From the NCBI GenBank assembly GCA_959598745.1, contig CAUGFN010000002.1:1-55065 (forward strand): 55,065 nt of DNA, written 5' to 3'. Of the stretch, positions 19,642 to 27,644 are shown one piece after another; position 1 is the first letter of the stretch, and the number at the start of each line of letters is the position of its first letter. The stretch comes from an uncultured Eubacteriales bacterium. Its GTDB lineage: Bacteria; Bacillota; Clostridia; TANB77; UBA1234. Position numbers and translations under genes: made by a program. Below the pieces are notes generated by a model. That model did not search any database. It had not been told where the DNA came from and saw only the letters and a program-made list of their open reading frames with translations.

Positions 19642-21177
19642 TTAAAATAGAGGTGCAAACAATTTTAAAATTCCACCTAAAAATGAATTGAATAGGCCTA
19701 TATTGTTTTTAATGTATTCTCCAGTAACTTCAGTGCTTTTATTTAAGATATCTATGAAATCATTTTTTATATCTATAATTGAATCTGTGTTGTAAAGCCA
19801 AACACCGCATTCATAGTTATGATAAAAGCTTCGGTAATCAAAGTTGATTGTTCCAACGGTTGCAATTTTATCATCACAAAGCAACATTTTAGAATGAATG
19901 AAACCAGGGGTATATTCATAAAATTGCAAACCTTCTTTTAATAATGGTTTGTAGTATGATTGCGTAACTCTAAAAACATATTTTTTATCAGGAATGTGTG
20001 GAACTATTATTTTGATTTTAACACCTCTTTTACTTGCTGCAATAAGTGCACTTTGAAATTCATAATCAACCGCAAAATAAGGAGTTGTAATTAAAATATA
20101 ATTTTTTGCACTATCTATTATATTCAAATAAACACCACGAACGACGTCTGTTTCAGCCATTGGGTCCCCAATATATGGTTCAATATATCCGATTGAAAAA
20201 TCTTTTATTATAGGTGGTACATTCAAATATATTGAACATTCTTCTGAAGAATCTTTAAAATAATGCCATGATTCTAGAAACATAAGGGTAAAGCTTTTCG
20301 CTGAATCACCAACAATTTTTATTCCAGTGTCCTTCCACTCGCCGAATCTCTTCTTAAGATTTACATATTCGTCTGCAATGTTCAATCCGCCAGTATAAGC
20401 AATTTGCCCATCAATTATAGCTATTTTCTTATGGTCTCTATTGTTATGTATAAGTGAGAGTATAGGAACAATTGGGTTAAATACAACGCATTTTATTCCG
20501 TGCTTTTCAAGTAGTCGATTATATTTATACGGCAATGTTTTTAGCGAACCAATATCGTCGAAAATCACTCTTACTTCAACACCATCTCTGACTTTTTGTT
20601 TTAATATTTCCAAGATTGAATTCCAAAGGATACCTTTTCCTATAATAAAAAATTCTAAAAATATAAAGCTTTTTGCTTTTTTTAAATCCTCTAACAAATC
20701 CTTAAAAAACGCTTCGCCGGTTGGATAATATTTTGTATAGTTATTTTGGTATACTGGCAAGAAAGAATTATTTGCTATGTATTGAGATTGCTTATATATG
20801 GTTTCACCTTCACTTGCTAATTGCTCTTTAATGGTTGAATCTTCAATGTACAAACTCTCAAGCGTAAATGTTTGATTTTTTATATTTTTAGCAAATTTTT
20901 TTCTAAGTCTATTTTCAAAAGAAAAATAGTATAGAAAAATTCCAAGTATCGGAAATTCGAAAATTAATATCAAAACAGGCAGTTTAAAAGTGATAGGAAT
21001 GTCTTTTCCTAATATCTTGATAGCATAAATAGCACTGATAGCAGTAACTAACAGCCTTATATATGCGTAGTAAGCACTAGCCTCTTTTAATATAAAAATA
21101 ATAAAACATACTTGTATAATAATTAAAAAAATAGCAATAGAAATCCTATTTAACAGTAATTTAAATAATTTTGACAT
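19642..21177 (-). CDS. cls: Cardiolipin synthase (two PLD/HKD domains)
   Basis: Two HxK(x)4D motifs (HNNRDHKKIAIIDG and HSKMLLCDD) and N-terminal TM helices. The likely start is ATG 21177, after AGGAGG. The track ORF extends to 21225. Confidence 0.85.
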   Translation of the reverse strand: MSKLFKLLLNRISIAIFLIIIQVCFIIFILKEASAYYAYIRLLVTAISAIYAIKILGKDIPITFKLPVLILIFEFPILGIFLYYFSFENRLRKKFAKNIKNQTFTLESLYIEDSTIKEQLASEGETIYKQSQYIANNSFLPVYQNNYTKYYPTGEAFFKDLLEDLKKAKSFIFLEFFIIGKGILWNSILEILKQKVRDGVEVRVIFDDIGSLKTLPYKYNRLLEKHGIKCVVFNPIVPILSLIHNNRDHKKIAIIDGQIAYTGGLNIADEYVNLKKRFGEWKDTGIKIVGDSAKSFTLMFLESWHYFKDSSEECSIYLNVPPIIKDFSIGYIEPYIGDPMAETDVVRGVYLNIIDSAKNYILITTPYFAVDYEFQSALIAASKRGVKIKIIVPHIPDKKYVFRVTQSYYKPLLKEGLQFYEYTPGFIHSKMLLCDDKIATVGTINFDYRSFYHNYECGVWLYNTDSIIDIKNDFIDILNKSTEVTGEYIKNNIGLFNSFLGGILKLFAPLF

Positions 21178-21289
21178 AGTATGTCCTCCTAGTAATATTT
21201 TAACATTTGAAGTATTTTTTAACAATAGGAATTAAATATTAAGTAAATTTTAGAAATAACAAAAACTTACAAAAAAATCACGAAAAGTA

Positions 21290-21318
21290 TTTACAAAAAA
21301 AACCAAAGGTGGTAATAT
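21290..21318 (+). promoter_or_regulatory. Promoter module P1 (toxin gene), TG-extended -10
   Basis: TTTACA (21290-21295), 17 nt, tgg-TAATAT (21313-21318). The same module recurs at 24404, 25282 and 26464. Confidence 0.6.
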
Positions 21319-21380
21319 AGTGGCGACTAAAAGTCAAACGCACAACCCAATAAATAATTTAATGGAAAGGATGTAACAAA

Positions 21381-23690
21381 ATGAAACGGCTTTTGTCAAT
21401 CATCTTGGTAGTATCGATGCTTTTCGGTATGGTGCAGGTGCCTGTAACGGCAAACGATGGACCTGGTAATTCCTCCGAACGTAGCGATGATGCAGACTTT
21501 GGAGACGAAGGACCTAGCGACATGTCTGAAACTGGTACAGATGAAGATAACGGACCTGCCGATATGTCAGAAACAAGTATAGATGAAGATAACGGACCTG
21601 CCGATATGTCAGAAACGAGTTCGAATGAAGATAATGGACCTGCTGACATGTCAACAGAAGAAAGTTTTAACTGCACTCATGAACGGACTAGGAAAGCGTA
21701 CCACGAAACAAAGTACGAAAAGTACAATTCTGAAAAGCATAGCTACAAGGAAACGTACGAAATAGTATGTAAAGATTGTGGAAAAGTTCTTAGTGCAGAG
21801 AAAACAGAGAGTGGCAAAGAAGTACATCGCTTCAGAAGAGGAAAATGTGCTGATTGCGACTACGTGATTAAAAACTGCAATCACGAAGAGACAGTAGAAA
21901 AAGTCACGTACTGGAGAACGGAAGAGGATGAGCAAGGAAACGATAAAAGTTTCACATTGGTTGATGTGGTTTGCAAGCTCTGTGATGAGAAAATTACGGA
22001 AAAAACTTACTACGGACCAATAATAGCAGTCCCTGAAGATTCTTGGTGCAACCACGATGAGTTAAATGAAATAGTAGAAGAAGAGTATTATGAACCGTTG
22101 GACGAAAAATCACATTACAAAGTACAAAAGTGCAAAGTAAAGTGTGACGACTGTGGCATATTACTCAAAGAGTACAAAACAGAAGAAAAAGAAGAACATA
22201 GCATAGCAAATGGCAAGTGCACGAAGTGTATTTACGAAAAGAAAACAACGAGTGCACAGGAAAACAAGAAGGACAACAAGGAAACTGGCAAAAATCAAAG
22301 TAATCAGAACAAGAACATAGGAACAAGTCAGAAGAAAGAAATAATCGACTGGATATACATCGATGCAGAACAAAGTAAATTTGCAGTAGATGGCGATGCA
22401 GTGGATTGGGACAGTACACCAATTCTTGACCCGAATGGAAACTTACAAGTACCATTAAGACAGCTTGCTGAACTTATGGGCTGGGATGTTACGTGGGATG
22501 CAGAGAATGAATGTGCAACAGTGACAAAAGGCAACGTAAAAAAGATATTCTCCAATAATTCTGATGAGTATATAGTCGAGGAAGGCAATGCAGTATATTA
22601 CGAGTTTCTGCAGAACAAAGTTACAAGCAAAAACGGAGTATTGTATGTTGACCTTGACGGCGTACTTGATAGTACTGGTTATAGTTACTACATAAATGGT
22701 ACTTCTTATCACATAAAAGGTGTACAAGAGGTAATTGATAAAGTAGTATCGAGCCAGATTTGGGGAAACTATGAAGTTGTAGCATCTAGAGAAGTACTTG
22801 ATGAAGTAAACTACGAAGTAGAAGTAAAGTCTGATGAGATGCTTGTTACTCTTGTACCTGCAAGAGAAAGCTACTTTTATACGATAATTGTTCCTGCTAC
22901 AAACGAGTCATTAAAAGGTAACTATTATGACGGTGATGTGACCTGGACAGGAATAGCAGGAGAAATAATAGTAGGTGAGTTGCCGATAGTAGGGCAAATA
23001 GCAGACATAAGAGATATAGTAGCAGACATTCAAAATTGGGAGTGGTCGTGGTCACATGTGGCACAAACAGCACTTGATAGTGTTGGTTTAATCCCAATTG
23101 TTGGTGCATTAAAGTATTCAGATGACTTAATGACTACTGCACGAAAAACAGGTAAGGTGCTAGACGCTAGTGAAGCTGCAGATGTGCGAAAAGTCTTAAA
23201 AGAAGCGGACAAAGTAGATGATGCAACTGAAATTGGCGAAAAAGCACTAAAAAATTTAGATGATTACAACGATGCAACAAAAGGACTTGTTAAAAATTCC
23301 GATGAGATTGCTGACACAACGAAAGTCGCTAAAAAAACTTCCAAAGCAAGTTCGAAAACACTGGCAAGAAATCTTGAGAAAAGTGGCTTTAAGAGACCTG
23401 ATAATTATAAGTCTGCAGCACATCACATAGTGGCAGGTAATGACAAGAGAGCAGCAAAATCTCGTGAAATTTTGGAAAGCTTTGAAATAAACATAAATGA
23501 TGCATCGAATGGGGTTTTCCTTCCGACCGAAAAAGGAGTGAGCAAGGCAATATATCATCCTGCTCTAAATACTGACAGATACAATAAAAATGTTTATGAG
23601 ATGTTAGTAAGAGCCCAAAGCAGGGAAGAGGCTATTGTAGTATTAGAAAAAATACGGGATATGCTATTGAATGGGACTTTTGGATATTAG
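21381..23690 (+). CDS. Sec-secreted polymorphic toxin: signal peptide, acidic repeats, Cys-rich modules, copper-amine-oxidase-N-like domain, PT-TG pre-toxin domain, C-terminal AHH (HNH/EndoVII superfamily) nuclease
   Basis: MKRLLSIILVVSMLFGMVQVPVTA signal. VPLRQLAELMGWDVTWDAENECATVTKG (Cu_amine_oxidN1-like). ELPIVGQIADIRDIV...DSVGLIPIVGALK (PT-TG-like). SAAHHIVAGND...NGVFLP...YH (AHH motif at 23418-23426). An immunity gene follows 6 nt later. Confidence 0.8.
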   Translation: MKRLLSIILVVSMLFGMVQVPVTANDGPGNSSERSDDADFGDEGPSDMSETGTDEDNGPADMSETSIDEDNGPADMSETSSNEDNGPADMSTEESFNCTHERTRKAYHETKYEKYNSEKHSYKETYEIVCKDCGKVLSAEKTESGKEVHRFRRGKCADCDYVIKNCNHEETVEKVTYWRTEEDEQGNDKSFTLVDVVCKLCDEKITEKTYYGPIIAVPEDSWCNHDELNEIVEEEYYEPLDEKSHYKVQKCKVKCDDCGILLKEYKTEEKEEHSIANGKCTKCIYEKKTTSAQENKKDNKETGKNQSNQNKNIGTSQKKEIIDWIYIDAEQSKFAVDGDAVDWDSTPILDPNGNLQVPLRQLAELMGWDVTWDAENECATVTKGNVKKIFSNNSDEYIVEEGNAVYYEFLQNKVTSKNGVLYVDLDGVLDSTGYSYYINGTSYHIKGVQEVIDKVVSSQIWGNYEVVASREVLDEVNYEVEVKSDEMLVTLVPARESYFYTIIVPATNESLKGNYYDGDVTWTGIAGEIIVGELPIVGQIADIRDIVADIQNWEWSWSHVAQTALDSVGLIPIVGALKYSDDLMTTARKTGKVLDASEAADVRKVLKEADKVDDATEIGEKALKNLDDYNDATKGLVKNSDEIADTTKVAKKTSKASSKTLARNLEKSGFKRPDNYKSAAHHIVAGNDKRAAKSREILESFEININDASNGVFLPTEKGVSKAIYHPALNTDRYNKNVYEMLVRAQSREEAIVVLEKIRDMLLNGTFGY
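21510..21653 (+). repeat. In-frame 42-bp tandem repeat, 3.4 copies (GP[SA]DMSET..DEDN)
   Basis: Units at 21510-21551, 21552-21593 and 21594-21635, plus a partial unit at 21636-21653. All lie inside the toxin CDS. Confidence 0.9.
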
Positions 23691-23696
23691 GAGTGA

Positions 23697-24260
23697 ATGA
23701 ATGTGAAAGTATGGAAACTAGATGCTATTGAGGAAAAATATGACTGTTTAATTCCAGTCAATGATATCTCTATTGAAGAACTTAAGACATATGATGGAAG
23801 AAGCCATGAAGGGGAATGGATTGGCAGAAAAGTTGTACCGAATGTCGATGAGAATAAGAATGTGAAACTTGGAGATTACACTGATTGCTGGTTTATTCCT
23901 GTATTCAGTGAAAAAGCAATTAAAGAGTTGTACGATTTGATAAAAAAAGATGCAGAAATCATACATCTCGAGTGTGACTATGGAGATTTTTCACTAATTA
24001 ATGTGACGGCAGTCCTTGAAGCATTTGATTGCAAAAACTCGAAGTTTGATATGTTTAAGGGTTCTGATAGAATTATGTATGTTGAAAAATATGCTTTTTT
24101 TTCAGAAATAGTAAAAGGACATAATATTTTTAAAACTACAGCTGAAAATCTTGGACCTGTTTTTGTCTCTGATGAATTCGTACAGACAGTTGAGCGAAGC
24201 AAATTAAAAGGATTCCGCTTTGAACTCGCATGGGATAGCGAAGCTCCTACTACTATTTAA
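23697..24260 (+). CDS. Cognate immunity protein (DUF1629/Imm11-like)
   Basis: ATG follows AGGAGTGA, 6 nt after the toxin stop. C-terminal HNIFK...VFVSDEFVQTVERSKLKGFRFELAWD resembles the Imm11 family, recalled from memory. Two paralogs lie downstream. Confidence 0.6.
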   Translation: MNVKVWKLDAIEEKYDCLIPVNDISIEELKTYDGRSHEGEWIGRKVVPNVDENKNVKLGDYTDCWFIPVFSEKAIKELYDLIKKDAEIIHLECDYGDFSLINVTAVLEAFDCKNSKFDMFKGSDRIMYVEKYAFFSEIVKGHNIFKTTAENLGPVFVSDEFVQTVERSKLKGFRFELAWDSEAPTTI

Positions 24261-24355
24261 GAATTGACAAACAAAACTGAATAATTTCAAAAAGCCAAAC
24301 AACAAGCCTGGGATATCTGTAGTATTATAGATACACCTTGGCTTGTTTGCATTTT
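24179..24355 (+). repeat. Cassette 3' module copy 1 (conserved gene tail plus terminator)
   Basis: gtacagacagt..gcatgggatagcgaagctcctac.actatttaagaattgacaaacaaaactgaataatttcaaaaagccaaacaacaag...cttggcttgtttgcatttt. Near-identical copies occur at 25047, 26268 and 27564. It contains an aacaagcc / ggcttgtt hairpin and a T run. Confidence 0.85.
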
Positions 24356-24403
24356 ATAAAGATATATATTGAGATGAAAAATAAAACAAAATCATGAAAA
24401 GTA

Positions 24404-24432
24404 TTTACGCTAAAATGCAGAAATGGTAATAT
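24404..24432 (+). promoter_or_regulatory. Promoter module P2
   Basis: TTTACG, 17 nt, tgg-TAATAT (24427-24432). Confidence 0.5.
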
Positions 24433-24503
24433 AAAGTTGACCGATGGCTAAGCAGACCATAGATGATACAAAACAAAAAATAAAAAGATAAAAGTAAGCG
24501 ATA

Positions 24504-25127
24504 TTGACGTTGAAAAAATACGTAATATGTTACTGGAAGGAAAATTTGAATATTAAGGGGGAATTTTGTACGAAGATATGGGAAATTGATGCAGTAGCTG
24601 AAAGATATGACAGCTTAAGACCGGAAAATGGCTATACGTACGGAGAAATGATGTCTTTTGACGGTAGAAGCCATAAAAACGACTGGACGTGTAGGAAAGT
24701 AGTGCCGAACATTAATCCTAAAAAGAATCCTAAGTTTGGTGATCGTTCCGAATGTATGGGAGTATTGGTATTTAGTCAAAAAGCAATTGAGAAGTTGTAT
24801 GACTTGATAAAAGACGACGTGGAAATTTTGCCTCTCGAGTGCGACTATGGAGAATTTTCCTTAATAAATGTGACGACGGTTCTCGAGGCATTAAATCGCA
24901 AGAAGTCGAAATTTGGAGTCTTTAAAGGAACGGAACGAATATCATACATGGAAAAATACGAGTTCTTCGAGAATGTGGTAAAAGGGTATGACATTTTCAA
25001 GATTACAGACGACAAGTGTGGTTCTATTTTTGTTTCTGACAGATTCGTACAGACAGTTGAGCAAAGCAAATTAAAAGGATTCCGCTTTGAACTCGCATGG
25101 GATAGCGAAGCTCCTACCACTATTTAA
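24504..25127 (+). CDS. Orphan Imm11-like immunity paralog (start uncertain)
   Basis: Clearly paralogous to 23697..24260 and close to 27021..27644. TTT replaces the ATG at the homologous start position. Possible starts are TTG 24504 or TTG 24546 (after GGAAGG). Confidence 0.6.
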   Translation: MTLKKYVICYWKENLNIKGEFCTKIWEIDAVAERYDSLRPENGYTYGEMMSFDGRSHKNDWTCRKVVPNINPKKNPKFGDRSECMGVLVFSQKAIEKLYDLIKDDVEILPLECDYGEFSLINVTTVLEALNRKKSKFGVFKGTERISYMEKYEFFENVVKGYDIFKITDDKCGSIFVSDRFVQTVEQSKLKGFRFELAWDSEAPTTI

Positions 25128-25222
25128 GAATTGACAAACAAAACTGAATAATTTCAAAAAGCCAAACAACAAGTCAAGAATATTTGCACTATTGCAGATA
25201 TACCTTGGCTTGTTTGCATTTT
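25047..25222 (+). repeat. Cassette 3' module copy 2
   Basis: Same conserved tail and terminator sequence as 24179..24355. Confidence 0.85.
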
Positions 25223-25281
25223 GGGGCAACGGAAATTAAATATTGAGCAAATTAAAAAAATACAAAATACTTCAAAAAGTA

Positions 25282-25310
25282 TTTACAAAAAAATCCAAAG
25301 ATGGTAGTAT
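25282..25310 (+). promoter_or_regulatory. Promoter module P3
   Basis: TTTACA, 17 nt, tgg-TAGTAT (25305-25310). Confidence 0.5.
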
Positions 25311-25398
25311 GATGGTGATTAGAAGTCAAGCAAAAACGACATGTTGTACCAAACGCAACAATATAAATTATTTTTATAAAGTAAAAAATGGAGGTAAA

Positions 25399-25833
25399 AT
25401 GGATTTCGAGTACGAATTAGGGAAAATTGGAGGATATTTGAGCTTTAAAATTAAACCAAATAGCAAGATTGTTGGAAGTACACGTAATATTGATGGATGG
25501 TTAGAAAGTGATGTTCAGTGTTTTGGAGAGAGATATCTATCAAAAATAAAGACTATGTTAGAGAACGAAGATGCTAATGAAGAGGAAGTGTTTTCTGATA
25601 ATACATATGAGGCACGTGTGAAAAAAGACTACACCACGATATCACGTGACATTGGTGAGGAATGGCCGGAAATGGCTCCATGTACACTTCCTACCTCGAT
25701 GCTATGTGAGATTCTTCAAGTTTGGATAAAATTAGTAAAGGATTATAGTGAACGCCAAGTGCATCATAATAAGATGAAATTTGTTTTTAGAGCATTAAGA
25801 CGGAGAGAATATAAAGATAAAGTATCATTTTGA
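25399..25833 (+). CDS. Immunity-like family B, paralog 1
   Basis: ATG 25399 lies 4 nt after GGAGG. The track ORF 25243..25833 runs back through the promoter module. It shares GWLE.DVQC.G..YLSKIK ... DYTTIS.D..EEWPEM.PCTLPT.ML.EIL with 25799..26236 and 26592..26906. Confidence 0.6.
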   Translation: MDFEYELGKIGGYLSFKIKPNSKIVGSTRNIDGWLESDVQCFGERYLSKIKTMLENEDANEEEVFSDNTYEARVKKDYTTISRDIGEEWPEMAPCTLPTSMLCEILQVWIKLVKDYSERQVHHNKMKFVFRALRRREYKDKVSF

Positions 25834-26236
25834 GTATGTACAAAAAATTCTTTTCATAAGAATTGAACCTAACTCGCAAATAACGGGTTTCCTTCCCAAT
25901 GTAGAAGGTTGGCTTCAATGCGATGTTGGAAGTTTCGGTGAAGAAGAGTTAGCAACAGTAAAAAAATATTTGAAGCATCCAACAGAAGAGTATCTTTTGC
26001 TGGGCTCGAACGCATATGAAGTTCATATGAAAGAAGACTATACAACTGTTTCATATGACTATGAATATGCTAATCCTGAAATGGTTCCTTGCATTATTCC
26101 AACCAAAATGGTGTGTGAACTATTGAAAGCTTGGACAAAAGAATATGCAAAATATTCAAGGAAAAAAGCTAAAGTAGGGAAAAATGCTATGACAAAAACT
26201 TTCGTTGCAAAAATAAAGGGGATTTTTAAAAAATAA
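25799..26236 (+). CDS. Immunity-like family B, paralog 2, with no canonical start codon in its first 57 codons
   Basis: The frame opens at 25799 and encodes ..KYHFEYVQKILFIRIEPNSQITGFLPNVEGWLQCDV.., homologous to paralog 1 from its N-terminus. The first ATG/GTG/TTG is TTG 25970. The frame is reachable by a +1 shift at CGG 25801 of paralog 1. Confidence 0.4.
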   Translation, partial: DGENIKIKYHFEYVQKILFIRIEPNSQITGFLPNVEGWLQCDVGSFGEEELATVKKYLKHPTEEYLLLGSNAYEVHMKEDYTTVSYDYEYANPEMVPCIIPTKMVCELLKAWTKEYAKYSRKKAKVGKNAMTKTFVAKIKGIFKK

Positions 26237-26267
26237 ATAAAAAACTAATCCTTTTCAACATAAAGCC

Positions 26268-26394
26268 GCATGGGATAGCGAAGCTCCTACTACTATTTAA
26301 GAATTGACAAACAAAACTAAATAATTTCAAAAGACCAAACAACAAGTCAAGGATACCTGCATTATTACAGATACCCTTGGCTTGTTTGCATTTT
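26268..26394 (+). repeat. Cassette 3' module copy 3: orphaned last 32 nt of an Imm11-type gene plus terminator
   Basis: gcatgggatagcgaagctcctactactatttaa (the ..AWDSEAPTTI* tail) appears with no gene body, directly after a family B gene. Confidence 0.8.
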
Positions 26395-26463
26395 GGGGCA
26401 ACGGAAATTAAATATTGAGCAAATTAAAAAATAACAAAAACTTACAAAAAATCACGAAAAGTA

Positions 26464-26492
26464 TTTACAAAAAAATCCAAAGATGGTAACAT
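26464..26492 (+). promoter_or_regulatory. Promoter module P4
   Basis: TTTACA, 17 nt, tgg-TAACAT (26487-26492). Confidence 0.45.
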
Positions 26493-26591
26493 AAAGACGA
26501 CTGAAATCAAACACGTAAATTGCATAAATAATTTATAGGAGGGATTATAACGGAAACTAAGTGCGAAGTAGAAGTAGATGAAAGCGGTTTT

Positions 26592-26906
26592 ATGCATTTG
26601 AAAATCGAAAAGAATGAACATATAACTGGTTATGTTGGAAACATTGCTGGTTGGTTAGAAGCTGATGTTCAATGTTCTGGAAGAAGATATCTTTCAAAAA
26701 TTAAAAAGATTTTGAAAAGTTCTATTCTTTTTAAAGAAGAGATTTTTACTGGTAATGCATATGAGGCACATGTAAAAAGAGACTATACCACAATATCATA
26801 TGACTTTGAAGAAGAATGGCCAGAAATGGTTCCTTGCACTTTGCCAACACAAATGTTATATGAGATTCTTGAACTTTGGATAAATGCATGTGATGAACAT
26901 AGTTGA
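26592..26906 (+). CDS. Immunity-like family B, paralog 3 (N-terminus uncertain)
   Basis: The track ORF starts at an internal ATG. Homology to paralog 1 continues upstream in frame to ATA 26547, which lies 4 nt after GGAGG, the same spacing as the ATG of paralog 1. Confidence 0.5.
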   Translation: MHLKIEKNEHITGYVGNIAGWLEADVQCSGRRYLSKIKKILKSSILFKEEIFTGNAYEAHVKRDYTTISYDFEEEWPEMVPCTLPTQMLYEILELWINACDEHS

Positions 26907-27020
26907 AGTGCTAAATTGATTTTCAACGAGAAAATACAGAAGTGGCAATACAAAAGACCGATGGCTAAGCAGACCATAGATGATACAAAACAAAAAATAA
27001 AAAGAAAAAAGTAAGCGATA

Positions 27021-27644
27021 TTGACGTTGAGAAAATACGCAATACGCTACTGGAAGGAAAATTTAAGTATTGAGGGGGAATTTTGTACGAAAATTTGGGA
27101 AATTGATGCAGTAGCTGAAAGATATGACAGTTTAAGACCGGAAAATGGTTATACGTATGAAGAAATGATGTCTTTTGACGGCAGAAGCCATAAAAACGAT
27201 TGGACACCTAGGAAAGTAGTGCCGAACATTAATCCTAAGAAGAATCCTAAGTTTGGTGATCGTTCCGAATGTATGGGAGTGTTGGTATTTAGTCAAAAAG
27301 CAATTGAGAAGTTGTATGATTTGATAAAAGACGACGTTGAAATTTTGCCTCTTGAGTGCGACTATGGAGAATTTTCTATAATAAACGTAACAACAATTCT
27401 AGATGCTATTGACCATGAAAATTCGGAGTATGAATACATTGAAGGAACGAGAAAAATAATGTATTTCAAAAAGTATGTCTTTTTTGAGGACGTTGTAAAA
27501 GGACATGACATTTTTACAATTATCGATAAGAAATGTACTTACTCTTTTGTTTCTGACAGATTTGTACAGACAGTGGAGCGAAGCAAACTAAAAGGATTCC
27601 GCTTTGAACTCGCATGGGATAGCGAAGCTCCTACTACTATTTAA
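27021..27644 (+). CDS. Orphan Imm11-like immunity paralog (start uncertain)
   Basis: Its leader and N-terminal half are almost identical to 24504..25127, the central part diverges, and the conserved tail matches. Confidence 0.6.
   Translation: MTLRKYAIRYWKENLSIEGEFCTKIWEIDAVAERYDSLRPENGYTYEEMMSFDGRSHKNDWTPRKVVPNINPKKNPKFGDRSECMGVLVFSQKAIEKLYDLIKDDVEILPLECDYGEFSIINVTTILDAIDHENSEYEYIEGTRKIMYFKKYVFFEDVVKGHDIFTIIDKKCTYSFVSDRFVQTVERSKLKGFRFELAWDSEAPTTI

Noticed and set aside
21510-21653. Regular 42-bp repeats considered as a possible CRISPR array
   Set aside because: The repeats are directly tandem with no spacers, stay in frame inside the toxin CDS, and encode a peptide repeat. No cas genes are present.
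25243-25398. N-terminal 52 codons of track ORF 25243..25833, and likewise 27727..27858 of ORF 27727..28665
   Set aside because: These extensions run through the conserved promoter or terminator modules of the island. Good SD-ATG starts at 25399 and 27859 coincide with the onset of homology.
26547-26549. ATA as a functional initiator for the family B paralogs (also 25817)
   Set aside because: ATA triplets are frequent in AT-rich DNA. Only paralog 3 shows the exact SD+4 spacing. I record it as start-codon decay rather than claim non-canonical initiation.
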